63,939 nucleotides of DNA. It comes from Octopus bimaculoides. Its lineage: Eukaryota. This document shows, piece by piece, positions 1 to 12,366 of this stretch. Where the stretch lies: assembly GCF_001194135.2 (NCBI RefSeq), contig NC_068981.1, positions 516,357-580,295 on the forward strand, read 5' to 3'. The position numbers were made by a program, and so were the translations under genes. A model generated the notes under the pieces. The model saw only the letters and a program-made list of their open reading frames with translations. It ran no database searches and had not been told where the DNA came from. The first letter of the stretch is position 1. Every line of letters begins with the position of its first letter.

Positions 1-317
1 GCCGTTGCCAGTACCGCCTGACTGGCTCCCGTAGGATTTTCGAGTGAGATCGTTGCCAGTGCCCCTGGACTGGCTTGTGCGGGTGGCACATAAAAGACAC
101 CATTTCGAGCGTGGCCGTTTTCGTGCGGGTGATACGTAAAAGCACCCACTACACTCTCTGAGTGATTGGCGTTAGGAAGGGCATCCAGCTGTAGAAACTC
201 TGCCAAATTAGATTGGAGCCTGGTGTTGCCATCCGGTTTCACCAGTCCTCAGTCAAATCGTCCAACCCATGCTAGCATGGAAAGCGGACGTTAAACGATG
301 ATGATGATGATGATGAT
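1..317 (+). mobile_element. RTE LINE 3' end (cut by window edge)
   Basis: ~62-67 bp tandem units, aggaagggcatccagctgtagaaac core, catgctagcatg stem and (GAT)n tail. Confidence 0.8.
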
Positions 318-759
318 ATATCCACTCCAAACCAATAGGACAAACAATAAGAGACAAAAACTTAGCATGGATTCAGTAGATAGAAACTGAAAGAAGCTTA
401 TCATATTGTGTGTGTCTTTGTGTTTGTTCACCACCACCACTGGTGATGATGTGTTCATGTTCCTGTAACTTAGCAGTTTGGCAAAAGAGACCAATAGAAT
501 AAGTACTGGGATCAATTTGATTGACAAAAATTCTTCAAGGTGGTGCCCTAGCATGGCCATTGTCTAATGAAATCAATAAATAGATAAAAGAAAAGACGTA
601 ATACCAATTAATTAAAAATACTTGCAGCAATTCCCTTCAATACTTTATTACTAAGAAATAGTTACCTGTGATAGCCCTGGGTTTATATATTTTAATTGAA
701 TATAATCTATTATAATGTGACTTTTAAGATTATCAAATTTAAGATTAACCAAATTCGAC

Positions 760-1314
760 GACTGGCACCCATGCCAATCTCTCCTTCATTGGACACTAAA
801 CTCGGCTTGCGAAGACCTGTTGGGGGCAAGTGAAATTGAAATCATGATGGCACTTGTACCAGTGGAGTGCTAAGAGCACCGTCCGAGCGTGATCATTGCC
901 AGAGCAGCTGTCTGGCTTTTGTGCCAGTGGCATGTAAATAGCACCATTTGAGTGTGATCGTTACCAGCGTCGCCTTCCTGGCACTTATGCCGGTGGCATG
1001 TTAGAAAACATTGGAGGAAGGTTGTTGCCAGTGCCACTGGACTGGCCCCTGTGCAGGTGGTATGTGAAAAACACCATTTTGAGCGTGGTCATTGCCAGTA
1101 CCACCTGACTGGCCTTCGTGCCGGTGGCACGTAAAAGCATCCACTACACTCTGGGAGTGGTTGGCATTAGGAAGGGCATCCAGCTGTAGAAACTCTGCCA
1201 AATCAGATTGGAGCCCGGTGTAGCCATCTAGTTCGCCAGTCCTCAGTCAAATCGTCCAACCCATGCCAGCATGGAAAGCGGACGTTAAATGATGATGATG
1301 ATGATGATGATGAT
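760..1314 (+). mobile_element. RTE LINE 3' end, 5'-truncated
   Basis: Same core and (GAT)n tail; 5' part matches the 3'UTR of the ORF-bearing copy at 14295-14950. Confidence 0.8.
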
Positions 1315-1415
1315 TCAAGATTTTCTTTTTGACCTTTGTTTTTGTCTTTGATCATTTTTGCATTATTTTTTTTTATCTCTCCTTTTAATTGTCTGTATCT
1401 TTTAATTTAATATAG

Positions 1416-1514
1416 GTAATTTATTCATGCTGCCAAGTTTTACCAAGTTTGTGTTCCTACATCTCAAATAAACAATCCATTATGGATCAACTGATTTCCA
1501 TTTTTAGTGGAGAG
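1416..1514 (+). CDS. STK36: STK36/Fused-like kinase, internal coding exon (VIYSCCQVLPSLCSYISNKQSIMDQLISIFSGE)
   Basis: tatag| acceptor, |gtaagt donor, 99 nt open, phase 0-0; resembles human STK36 VLYSCCLVSEGLCRLL...LIQGK (recalled). Confidence 0.85.
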
Positions 1515-2171
1515 GTAAGTGCAACTCTATACATCTGTGATCATTATCCATAACTTCTTCCTTCTTTTTATTTGCTTTGTCAGGGCCCATTGGTCAAGTT
1601 TGACCATTTATCTATATCTGTATACACTGGCCTGTGCAAAGATATTTAGTAGAAGACTGGCAGATGGTTATTCCCAATGCCGCTGTTGATATTGTCCAAG
1701 GGAAAGGTCACTGATTTGAGCTAATACAATCTTGCACCAACATCTTTGCAAATATTGTTATCAGAATGCAAAGGGGCAGGGCAGATATTCCAAAGCATAC
1801 TGTCCTGACATAATAAGAATTCTTTTAAACCACTGCCCTGGATCTGTCCATTTTGTTCATTGACCCTCAAAAGATAAAAGGCAAAGCTGAACTTAAGCAC
1901 ACAGCAATGTCTGTGACAGAGTAACTGAAGAGATTCATTAATGAATCTGTTGTTGCAAAACCAAAGAGAACTGCAAGTCATTGGAAGTTTTAGTTCATAT
2001 ATTGTCTGTCCATAGCCAAACCAATACTTCAGCTCTCTTCTAGAATTAGTAAGGTCTTCTTCAGTCCAGTTACACTGAATTAAGGAAGGTCTTTCAATAG
2101 TACAACCTTAATGAACCAGAAAACTCGCCCTATTTAAGATTTTCTAAATATTTATATTCCTAACATGTTAT

Positions 2172-2406
2172 ATTTACTTCTTTATTGCCCACAGGGGGCT
2201 AAGCATAGAGGGGACAAACAAGGACAGACAAAGGGATTAAGTCGGTTACATCAACTCCAGTGTGTAACTGGTACTTATGTAATCAACCTTGAAAGGATGA
2301 AAGGCAAATTTGACCTCAGCGGAATTTGAACTCAGAACATAAAGACAAACGAAATACTGCTAAGCATTTCACCCGGTCTGCTAACGATTCTGCCAGCTCA
2401 CCGCCT
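2172..2406 (-). mobile_element. tRNA-derived SINE family E (Meta/MESC-like central domain)
   Basis: gagttcaaattcc B box; tttcatcctttc..ggg..gat..a..taagtaccag domain; a further copy at ~2628-2836; superfamily label is inference. Confidence 0.72.
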
Positions 2407-2444
2407 TGTCTGCCAGCTCACCACCTTCCTAACATATTATGTTC

Positions 2445-2600
2445 TAATGAAAAGTTACAAAAAAAAACAAAATATGAAGATGGATGTGTAAACAACAAAC
2501 AGATGTATTTGTTTAACGCTCGGGAAGTGAGAAAGTCTTTTACATTTCGAGCCTACGCTCTTCAACAGAAAAGAACACAGAGAGAAACAAGGAGAGAAAA
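2445..2600 (-). mobile_element. Penelope-like terminal repeat fragment with hammerhead-like motif
   Basis: ctgttgaagagcgtaggctcgaaatgtaaaagac on minus strand; homologous to 56490-56642. Confidence 0.55.
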
Positions 2601-4240
2601 TAAAAAAGGCTTAGTGGCTATGCTGGTTTAAAATTTTGGCACAAGGCCAGCAATTTCGGGAGAGGGAGGGTAAGCTGGTTACATTGACCCAGTATTCAAC
2701 TGTTATTTATTTTATTGACCCCAGAAGGATGAAAGGCAAAGTTGACCTCAGCAGCATTTGATCCCAGAATGTAAAAACAGATGAAATGCTGCTAAGCATT
2801 TTCCCCCAGCATGCTAACAATTCTGCCATCTTGCCATATTATAACTACTTATATATACTTTTTACTTTCATTTGTAATGATTTAAGGTAAAAACTTTCTT
2901 AACTAATATTCATTCCCCTAATTCAACAACTTCTCGTAACTTTTTCTTGTTCTTGTTTGTGTCTATATTGAGACAGATACATTTGTGTGTAGAATTCATT
3001 TTTTTTGTCATTTTCCCATTGGTACTAAAGAGTTACAGATCACTAAACACTGATAAGATATTCTCTTTAGTAATTTTTCTATTTTTGTTCTCTTTTATTC
3101 TGCTCAATCTATTCAGCAGAATAACTTTTGATCGTCATTTAGAATCCATTTTTATTACATGCAGATATAGATTTTTGCTTTTAGAACAAAAAAACACACA
3201 CACCAAATATCATGTTTTGTATTTTTTCTTGTTTTTTTTTTTATTTATCCCATTATGCAGTGCCCAGCTTTTGCTATTCTTAATTAATAAAGAACTTCAA
3301 ATATTATTCAGTCATTATGCTTTGTGCAGGATTTTTTTTTTTTTTTTACTATAAATTTCCAATAGACTTTAATGTTTCATAGTCAATTAAATCTGTCTGA
3401 ATCTCAGAACAATTGAATAAAAATATCTCAATGTGATATTAGTTCTCTTACAATGTTTTCCATCTTAGTTCCATTTGAAAAAAATATAAAAGACAAAAAA
3501 AAAACCGATAAAAACTCATCTACCACATCATATTACATGGGAGTTTATATGTTCATACCATAACTTCAGGTTCAGGCTATATAAATACAAAAACGACAAC
3601 AACAACAACAGCAACATATATGTGTCTTATTTATTTGTTGTTTAATAACTNNNNNNNNNNNNNNNNNNNNNNNNNNNNNNNNNNNNNNNNNNNNNNNNNN
3701 NNNNNNNNNNNNNNNNNNNNNNNNNNNNNNNNNNNNNNNNNNNNNNNNNNNNNNNNNNNNNNNNNNNNNNNNNNNNNNNNNNNNNNNNNNNNNNNNNNNN
3801 NNNNNNNNNNNNNNNNNNNNNNNNNNNNNNNNNNNNNNNNNNNNNNNNNNNNNNNNNNNNNNNNNNNNNNNNNNNNNNNNNNNNNNNNNNNNNNNNNNNN
3901 NNNNNNNNNNNNNNNNNNNNNNNNNNNNNNNNNNNNNNNNNNNNNNNNNNNNNNNNNNNNNNNNNNNNNNNNNNNNNNNNNNNNNNNNNNNNNNNNNNNN
4001 NNNNNNNNNNNNNNNNNNNNNNNNNNNNNNNNNNNNNNNNNNNNNNNNNNNNNNNNNNNNNNNNNNNNNNNNNNNNNNNNNNNNNNNNNNNNNNNNNNNN
4101 NNNNNNNNNNNNNNNNNNNNNNNNNNNNNNNNNNNNNNNNNNNNNNNNNNNNNNNNNNNNNNNNNNNNNNNNNNNNNNNNNNNNNNNNNNNNNNNNNNNN
4201 NNNNNNNNNNNNNNNNNNNNNNNNNNNNNNNNNNNNNNNN

Positions 4241-4478
4241 GGTGGCACATAAAAGACACCATTTCGAGCGTGGCCGTTTTCGTGCGGGTGACACGTAAAA
4301 GCACCCACTACACTCTCTGAGTGGTTGGCGTTAGGAAGGGCATCCAGCTGTAGAAACTCTGCCAAATCAGACTGGAGCTTGGTGTTGCCATCCGGTTTCA
4401 CCAGTCCTCAGCCAAATCGTCCAACCCATGCTAGCATGGAAAGCGGACGTTAAACGATGATGATGATGATGATGATGA
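4241..4478 (+). mobile_element. RTE LINE 3' end (young copy, follows a gap)
   Basis: Near-identical to 83-317. Confidence 0.8.
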
Positions 4479-5199
4479 TATATTGCACACACACACACAC
4501 ACAACTCATATGTATGTTTGTATATATATATATATATATATACATATACACACACACACATACATATGCACATATAGTTTATATATATTGTGTTGTGTGT
4601 GAATATATGTATGTATATACATGCACACATATTTAACTATGTATTTGTGTGTGTGTATGCATGCGTGCGTGTTTATGCATGTATGTGTTTGTGGGTTTGT
4701 GTGTGAGTATGTATGCTTGTGTTCAATGTTACACACACAACTATATACGTTCATTTTAACATTTCTATATTTTTATTATTTAACAAATATTTAAAAGAAG
4801 CAGAAAATATAATATTTTTGATGTATTTTACTTTCTGTTTAAAAATATATTCTGTTTTGATTTCTGTTTATTGCATTTGTAGGCCGTCTCCTTAGTGAAA
4901 GTTCATTATTGTAGCCAGAGGGCAGTAATCAGGAAAAAAAAAAAAGAATCTGGTCATAATTGTTGACTTCTGATGTAGGTTAAAAACTAGTGAGGAATAT
5001 ATGTGAAGACTCGTGTAATAAACTCATTAGAACTGAGACAATGATTATAGAGTTATTAACTTCTATAAAATCTGGTAGCAAAATTACATTTTCAATATTA
5101 GATTATAAAAACAAAAATTTGGAATGATTTCAAAAATTCCATGCTTTAAGACATGTGGTGCCTCATTAACTGGTGGCCAGTTAATGTAAAGGGGAACAT

Positions 5200-5624
5200 C
5201 AATAGGTCTCCTCAAGCACGGCAGTCTGAGGAGACCTATTGAGTGAAGTACATCAAAATCAAATCAAATCACAATCAAATGGAAATAGTAGTTGTGATCC
5301 CCGTTCTGGTGGCACGTAAAAAGCACCATCTGAATGTGGCTGATGCCAGTGCCACCTTGACTGGCTTCCGTACCGGTGGCATGTAAAAAGCACCATCCAA
5401 TCGTGGTCGATGCCAGCCCCCTCTGGCCTTTGTGCTGGTGGTACGTAAAAAGCACCCACTACACTCTTGGAGTGGTTGGCGTTAAGAAGGGCATCCAGCT
5501 GTAGAAACACTGCCAGATCAGACTGGAGCCTGGTGCAGCCTCCTGGCTTCCCAGACCCCAGTCGAACCGTCCAACCCATGCCAGCATGGAAAACAGACGT
5601 TAAACAATGATGATGATGATGATG
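5200..5624 (+). mobile_element. RTE LINE 3' end with 5' inversion
   Basis: Three tandem units, core, (GAT)n tail; 15-bp inverted repeat at the 5' junction. Confidence 0.8.
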
Positions 5625-5777
5625 AGAGAATCATTTCTGTATAATATTTGGTAGGATTAGAAGTTAAAATATGAAATTGAGGAACAAGGAAGAAAACACA
5701 TAGAATATCCAAATTTGATTTTGTTTTTATGTCTTTACTTATTATAAAGTATTTTAAAGGTCTTAAAATTTCTCCTG

Positions 5778-6152
5778 TTACTACTTCCGCCTTAGTGAAG
5801 GTGAAGGTGTTGTTTCCAGTTGTGTTTGTTTGTTTGTTTGTTTCTCAGTGGACAAGATATCTTGAGAACCGCTGGATGGATTCAGATGAAACTTTCAGGG
5901 ATGTTTGACCTCATAACTGGCACGAACTGATTAGATTTTGGGATTAATCCAGTACCGGACAAGGATTCCGGAGTAATTTTCCTGTTTTTTCACTTAATTC
6001 TTGAGAGTGCTCGGGTTCATTTTTAGTATTCTCGTTTGTGAGAGCAGTCGAGTTTATTTCAGATATTCTCATTTTAAAAATCATCTCTGGCCAATCGTTG
6101 AGAGGACGTTGGTGTTGCCTTGGCAGAGGTTTGCGCTCTCTGAGTGCTCTTA
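5778..6152 (+). mobile_element. Helentron-type non-autonomous element (HINE-like)
   Basis: Subterminal cttccgcc.../ccttggcagagg repeats, (TTTG)n, 3' hairpin gcgctc-tct-gagtgc; second copy at 62675. Confidence 0.65.
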
Positions 6153-6346
6153 TTTTAGGTATATTTTACTTTTGAAATATTTAAACTAAGCTGGATTGAC
6201 TATCAATGGCAGATTAATAGTTATATTAGCTGTCTCTTGTCTGTCTACCTCAACAGTGAGTCTGGAATTACCTGAATAAGAAGGACCTAAGAAACTTCAC
6301 CTCACTATGTTTATATCAGTTTTAGAATAAGTACATTATCATAAAA

Positions 6347-6655
6347 GTGGAGGCGCAATGGCCCAGTGGCTAGGGCAGCGGACTCGCAGTCGGAGAATCA
6401 TGGTTTCGATTCCCATTCCGGGCGTTGTGTGTGTTTATTGAGCGAAAACACCTAAGGCTCTACAAGGCTCCAGCAGGGGGTGGTGGAGACCCCTGTTATA
6501 CTCTTTCGCTCCAACTTTTTCTCATTCATACTTCCTGTTTCTTGAGTAAAGCTGCAATGGACTGTTGTCCCGTCCAGCTGGGGTGGGGGGAGCACATACA
6601 TCATAGAATCTGGGAAGCTGGGCCCATGAGCCTCATTTGGCTTTAAAAGGGCAAA
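6347..6655 (+). mobile_element. tRNA-derived SINE family D
   Basis: A box tggcccagtgg, B box ggtttcgattcc; head shared with the copy at 23995-24365. Confidence 0.7.
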
Positions 6656-7357
6656 GAAAAAAAAGTGTTATCATAAAAGATCAATAAATGAGTTTTCTTT
6701 TTATCACTTTAAAATCGACTTTCCATGCTGGTATGGGTTGGATAATATGTCAGAAACCAGTGAGCCAGAGAACTGCACTAAGCTCCAATGTCTGCTATGG
6801 CATAGATTCTATGGTAGGATATGCCCTTCCTAACTGATAGAGATATCACCGTTAGAGTTTCAATTCAATGAGTTGCCACCGGTGGTGGCATTTGAGGACA
6901 TAGTGGAATACCTAATATTAAGGAAAGTCAATGAGATATTTAAAATTATAAAATAAGGACTTTTTAAAAAAATGATGGAAAAAAAAAAAATGAAACATGT
7001 GATACATAAACAGTAAGATGGAACTGCCTGCTTGGGGGGGGGGGTGCAGGTAAGCCGTTTCATCTCATTTATCATTTATTCATAATTTCATCTGTTATAT
7101 ATTTTGTCTGTCTTTGTATTGTCCCATCTTTATAAGAGGCTTTGTGCCTAATAAAAGAAATCAGGATATGCTCTTCCTAACACCTGGGGTGCTTTTTCCA
7201 TGGCACCAACACTAGTGAGGTCACCAAGTCACTAGTAAGATAAAATCCTTCTCATCTTTACTATTTTTCTATTTCTCTGTTTTTATTTTTATATATATAA
7301 TTAATTAACTCAATGATTTTTCCCTTTGTTCATGTCTTCTAAATACATCATTTTCAG

Positions 7358-7452
7358 ACTGATGTCCCTGATATTGATATGAACATTGTTATGGAAACAA
7401 CCATCCATATATTGAGTGCAATTGCTATTCACATGAATGACCTTCCACTCAC
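7358..7452 (+). CDS. STK36: STK36 internal exon (TDVPDIDMNIVMETTIHILSAIAIHMNDLPL)
   Basis: ttttcag| acceptor, |gtaagt donor, 95 nt, phase 0-2, fits both neighbours; collinear with human [28 protein letters not shown]. Confidence 0.8.
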
Positions 7453-7549
7453 GTAAGTTATATTGTTTTAGAAGTGAATTTCTCATCGTTGTTGATATTA
7501 TCAGTATTTTTACATATACTTTTCCATTTCACCATCATCATCATCATCA

Positions 7550-8125
7550 TTGGCTATGTGGTAAGAAGCTTGCTTCCCAACCACATGGTTCTGGGTTCAG
7601 TCCCACTGCGTGGCACCTTGGGCGAGTGTCTTCTACTATAGCCTCGGGCCGAACAAAGCCTTGTGAGTGGATTTGGTAGACAGAAATTGAATAAGGCTGC
7701 GAGCCGGGTGAAATGCTTAGCGGTATTTTGTCTGCCGTTACATTCGGAGTTCAAATTCCACCAAGGTCGACTTTGCTTTTCATCCTTTCGGGGTTGGTGA
7801 ATTAAGTACCAGTTACGTACTGGGGTTGATGTAATCGACTTAATCCCTTTGTCTGTCCTTGTTCGTCCCCTCTATGTTTAGCCCCTCGTGGGCAATAAAG
7901 AAATAAAAAACTGAAAGAAGCTCATCGAATATATGTGTGTGTGTGTATTTGTCCCCCCACCCCAACATCGCTTGACAGCTGATGTTCGTGTGCTTGCATC
8001 CTCGTAACTTAGCGGTTCGGCAAAAGAGACCAATAGAATGAGTACTAGGCTTCCAAAGAATAAGTTCAACTAAAAGCAGTGCTCCAGCATGGCTGCAGTC
8101 AAATGATTGAAACAAGTAAAATGAA
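7550..8125 (+). mobile_element. SINE family B interrupted by a SINE family E copy (~7692-7904)
   Basis: Head, family E body, then B body and tail. Confidence 0.7.
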
Positions 8126-9366
8126 TATGCTGTCTTGGATTGGATGGTTTGACAGGATCCGATGGGCCCAAGGATGTCATCGTGCACCAGTGTCTGCTTT
8201 GGTATATGATTTCTATGGCTGGATGCCCTTCCTAACACCAACTACTTTACAACATGTGCTGACTGCATTTTATGTGGCACCACCACTACTGGGGTCACCA
8301 CACTGTCTGCAACATTGCAAAACCTGTGGTGGTGGTGGTGGTGGTGGTGGGGTAGCTTCATGTTAGAAAATGTGAGAGTTAAACAATGAGAGAAGAGAAG
8401 GTCGTTCTTGTTGTAGAGGAGTGGCTTGGCTATATATCTGTGCATGAGTGTCTGTGTGTGTGTCTGTCTGTCTGTCTCCCACCACCACTTGGCACCCAGT
8501 GTTGGTTTATTTATATCCCTGTAACTCAGCGATTCAACAGAAAAGACTGATGGAAAAAGTGGTGGGTTAATTTGTTTGACTAAAACTTCTTCAAGTCAGT
8601 GCCCCAGCTTGGACACAGTTTAATGACTGAAACAAATAAATGATAAAAGGTATATACATAGTCTTTATTATCTTTTTAGATCTTGCTCAAAGATTAGAGT
8701 CGTTAAATCTGTCAACACTTGACTAATATGTAAATGCTAACTTGTTAGTAATTCAGAATATTATTAACTTTTATATACAATTTCTATCTGAAGAAAAAAA
8801 TTTAAAATTTAGAATAAAAACTTCTTTATAAACTAATTGTAAATTCATGTCTTAATTTTCAATATAAAATGTGTGTCTTGGAAAATATTTGATATTTATC
8901 ACAAAGAAATTCAGTAATTAGATATGAAAGCATTTGATTGCAATCATCTTGACCACAATCACCATCATCATCAACATCATCATCAGAGTTTTGTTGCTGT
9001 GATTGTAGAAGTAATAATGGTGGCAGCTGCAGATGATGATGATCTAAACAGTAGTCTTTTGATAATTCATTGAGATTGCATTCCTTGATCTTGATCTGTT
9101 CTCAGTTTTTATATTTGCCAAACCCAGCTTGACAATCTGATCCCTTACAGAAAACTTTTACCAAGAAACCTTACTTCTCGTGACCAGGACGCTCCTTTTC
9201 TGCTCCTTTTTTGTCCAGTTTAATTCCTCCTAGAGTCATAATAGTCATCCTAAAAGTACTCTGATCCTATTCTATCTACATTTTCACCCCATAAACTCAC
9301 AAATCTAACAATCTCTTTTGCTTTATCGTCTCTGCTTATACCATATTTTCTGGCATGCAACTTGAC

Positions 9367-9595
9367 TTAATCCTTTTGTTACCAACTTGGCTGAAACCGT
9401 CTCTGGCTCTGTAGTACAAATGTCTCGTTTTCATAAGTTTTGAATTAAAATCTTCCACCAAACCTTAGTCACAATTTATCTTCCTAACACTAGCTTAACG
9501 GCAACTAAGCTATTTTACTAAATTCTTTGTTATATTTAAAGTAATTGAAAGAAACACAGAGCATTTCAAAATAAATATAGTAATGAAAGGGTTAA
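9367..9595. mobile_element. piggyBac-like MITE, copy 1
   Basis: TTAA flanks, (t)ccttttgttac / gtaatgaaaggg termini. Confidence 0.72.
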
Positions 9596-9618
9596 AATAT
9601 ATAATAGAGAAACAATTC

Positions 9619-9846
9619 TTAACCCTTTTGATACCAACCCGGCTGAAAATGGCTCTGGCTTTGAGTACAGATATCTTGCTTTCATAAGTTCTGAATTAAA
9701 ATCTTCCACCAAACCTTAGTCACAATTTATGTTCCTAACACTGGCTGAATGAGAACTAAGTTATTTTACTAAATTCTTTGTTATATTTAAAGTAATTGAA
9801 AGAAACACAGAACATCTCAAAATAAGTACAGTAACGGAAAGGTTAA
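9619..9846. mobile_element. piggyBac-like MITE, copy 2 (tandem)
   Basis: TTAA flanks; high identity to 9367-9595. Confidence 0.72.
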
Positions 9847-10614
9847 TATATATCTGATGCACTTGCTTTCTCAGTGGGGCATTTGTCAAATCTGCAAGCT
9901 GGATTTTTAGGTCACAGGCAGATTCATTTTCTGGCCTATAGGAATGTTAGGGCCGACCATCAGATGTGATCAGCATTCATGAGGGACCTGGTGAGACCAT
10001 TGGTCAGAACCAGCTCAAACCACCCTGGGGGAATGCCACCACAAGTACAAGTAGGTAAGTATAATGTAAAGATGTAGTGTAAGCATTCAAACATCATTGT
10101 TTCCTTTCCAAATCCTGTGGCATTTTAAATGGAATTTTTGTTCCTCAAAGTTGTCTTGAGAACCTACATTTTTTTTTGGTTGTAAATTTTGGTCAGGAAA
10201 ATGCTACTTGTATGCACCAGAAAATATGGTTATTGTTCCTCTTAGTTGTTGCCTTGCTACTTTGGTAGGCTTGTGTTCTCTATTGGTGCCACTCTTTCCT
10301 CCCACATCTTGGATGTTGATCACAGCTTTATTGTTTTAAACATTCCTTTTTTTCTTCCTCCTGACATTCAAGACTTCTTACAATTTGTCTTGAACTCTTC
10401 ATCTTGATTATCTACCTCTTCAAATCACCAACTGATCATTCTCTCCTTCTCTAAATAAATGTGAGAGGCCATACAGCTCTTCTACAAGAACCTACTCTGT
10501 ACTCTCGCATACTTTAACCCCTCATTCCCTAGCATAAAGCTGACCCCACTCCCTTGGAGCGCATAGTCTTGGAAGCTGCATGGAAAATTCAATAGTATTG
10601 GTTGCACAAAGAAA

Positions 10615-11066
10615 GGATCATGTATGGCACGTAAATAGCACCATTTGAGTGTGGTCGATGCCAGCCCCATCGGACTGGCTCCTATGCTGGTGGCTCGTAA
10701 ATAGCACCATACGAGCATGGTTGATGCCAGTGCTGCCTGACTGGTCCCATGCTGGTAGCATGTAAAAAGCACCCACTACACTCTTGGAGTGGTTGGCATT
10801 AGGAAGGGCATCCAGCTGTAGAAACTTTTGCCATGTCAGATTGGAGCTTGGCACAGCCTCCTGGCTTGCTAGTCCTCAGTCAAACCGTCCAACCCATGCC
10901 AGCATGGAAAGCAAAGGTTAAACGATGATGATGATGATTATCCAGCCATAGAACCCATGCTAAAGCAGACACTGGTGTGTGATGCAGCACTTTGACCCAT
11001 CAGATCCTGTCAAACCATCCAGCCCATGCCAGTGTAGAACATAGATGCTAAACGATGATGATGATA
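10615..11066 (+). mobile_element. RTE LINE 3' end plus a second tail
   Basis: Core and (GAT)n at 10923, second tail ending ~11066. Confidence 0.75.
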
Positions 11067-11456
11067 ATGTTGTAATCTTTCATAATACCATAGTATCCAC
11101 TTAGAATAATTCTTTCAATGTTATCTTACATTCAACCTCTTCATCTTGCTGAACCTGTCCTCACTCTTAACCGTTTCTTATTCTCTTTTGAATTTTACCA
11201 GAAAATTAATATCATAGCTACAAATACTAAGGTATTCTACAATTATGGTAACTTCATTGTAGGTCACACTGTGGCTCAAGGTTTTGAGCCATCCCAAAAT
11301 TTACTGAGCTATCCACAAAGCCTTATAGCCACTACATCAATGTCTCCATCAGGTACTGTTTCTCATAACTCACCTGCATAATCTCATTCATCAAAAATTT
11401 AAATCTTAACCCTAGAATTCACATTCACTACCTCACCCACCTCCATTGTCTCCCAC

Positions 11457-12235
11457 CACTTTATTTATTTATTTATTTTTATTTAATGAGTCTGTTGTAA
11501 GGGACAATGCCCATGACCTTTTCAGGTGCTCTGAGATAGGTAAGGGTGATACCTTTAATCTTAAGTTTAAGCTGTTGAAAGTCAATGCCTGCAGGAAAGA
11601 CATGAGCAGAAAGGTGATTCCAGAGGGATGGTGTTCTGGGGAGGAAAGACTGGGTACAAATAAGGCTCAGTGTTATGTCAAGTGGACACAACAAAGATGA
11701 TAAGAAATGAAGATAGGAGTGGGTTAGGTATGCCTGAGTGGAAGAGGTACAAGATCAATGAGTTCTGAGTAGCAGATGCCCTTATAGTAATAATAGGAAA
11801 GACAGAGAGAGAGGAGACAGCATGCTTGTGAGTCAAATGCTGGAATATGTTTATGACTGATTCAATGCCAATCAATTCAGTGGCCTTTATATGGACATAG
11901 TCCAGAACGTCTGTGTGCTGTGGCACATTCTGCTTTATGTGTGAGGTTCTCATTAGAGATTGTGGGCACTAGGACTAGTTGCAGCATTAAATAATGTTTT
12001 ATGCAAGTGGTCACCATTGGAGATTGAGGGCACTAGCTTTTGCAGTAATTTTCACCAATTTAGCTGGTTATTGTCCATATGAACGGAGGTAGTTGCCAAA
12101 TATTGTTTTCTTGATCTGTACAATGAATGTGTCTTGGTGTTATTAAAGAACAACAGTTGTTCCATGTTCATTGGAAAATATTTCCAAGGTTTATTCATTG
12201 AAGCAGTTCAAGTTTACTACAAAGTGTTTCTAGGT
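11457..12235 (-). mobile_element. CR1/Jockey-group LINE 3' remnant
   Basis: SFLPRTPSLWNHLSAHVFP and LDYVHIKATELIG motifs; (TAAA)n tail at ~11460-11485. Confidence 0.7.
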
Positions 12236-12304
12236 TGCAAAAATTTGATAAAAGAGAACATTGAGCAGACAGAAATAGATACGTGTTAATCTCTCTCTCT
12301 CTCT

Positions 12305-12366
<62 letters not shown>

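Noticed and set aside
1721-2113. ~130-codon minus-strand open frame
   Set aside because: No recognisable protein; partly overlaps a degenerate SINE; no splice support
2947-3354. 135-aa hydrophobic ORF resembling a membrane protein
   Set aside because: T-rich low-complexity intron gives F/L/I bias; no usable splice sites or homology
3572-4401. Long ORFs spanning N runs (also at 12.3k, 35.5k, 36.3k, 42.8k, 49.7k, 54.8k)
   Set aside because: Open only because Ns translate as X; flanks are microsatellite or repeat sequence
4882-4915. Acceptor-like ttgtag| followed by RLLSESSLL* (possible terminal exon)
   Set aside because: Phase does not fit the upstream exon (phase 0) and there is no other support
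5290-5460. Regular repeat units superficially resembling a CRISPR array
   Set aside because: Contiguous tandem units without unique spacers, inside a eukaryotic LINE 3'UTR; no cas genes
6347-6425. tRNA-like sequences at SINE heads
   Set aside because: A and B boxes are present but there is no complete cloverleaf; each continues into a SINE body
9951-10054. Exon-like segment ending in TAG|GTAAGT
   Set aside because: No pyrimidine-rich acceptor gives an open, phase-compatible join, and STK36 is collinear without it
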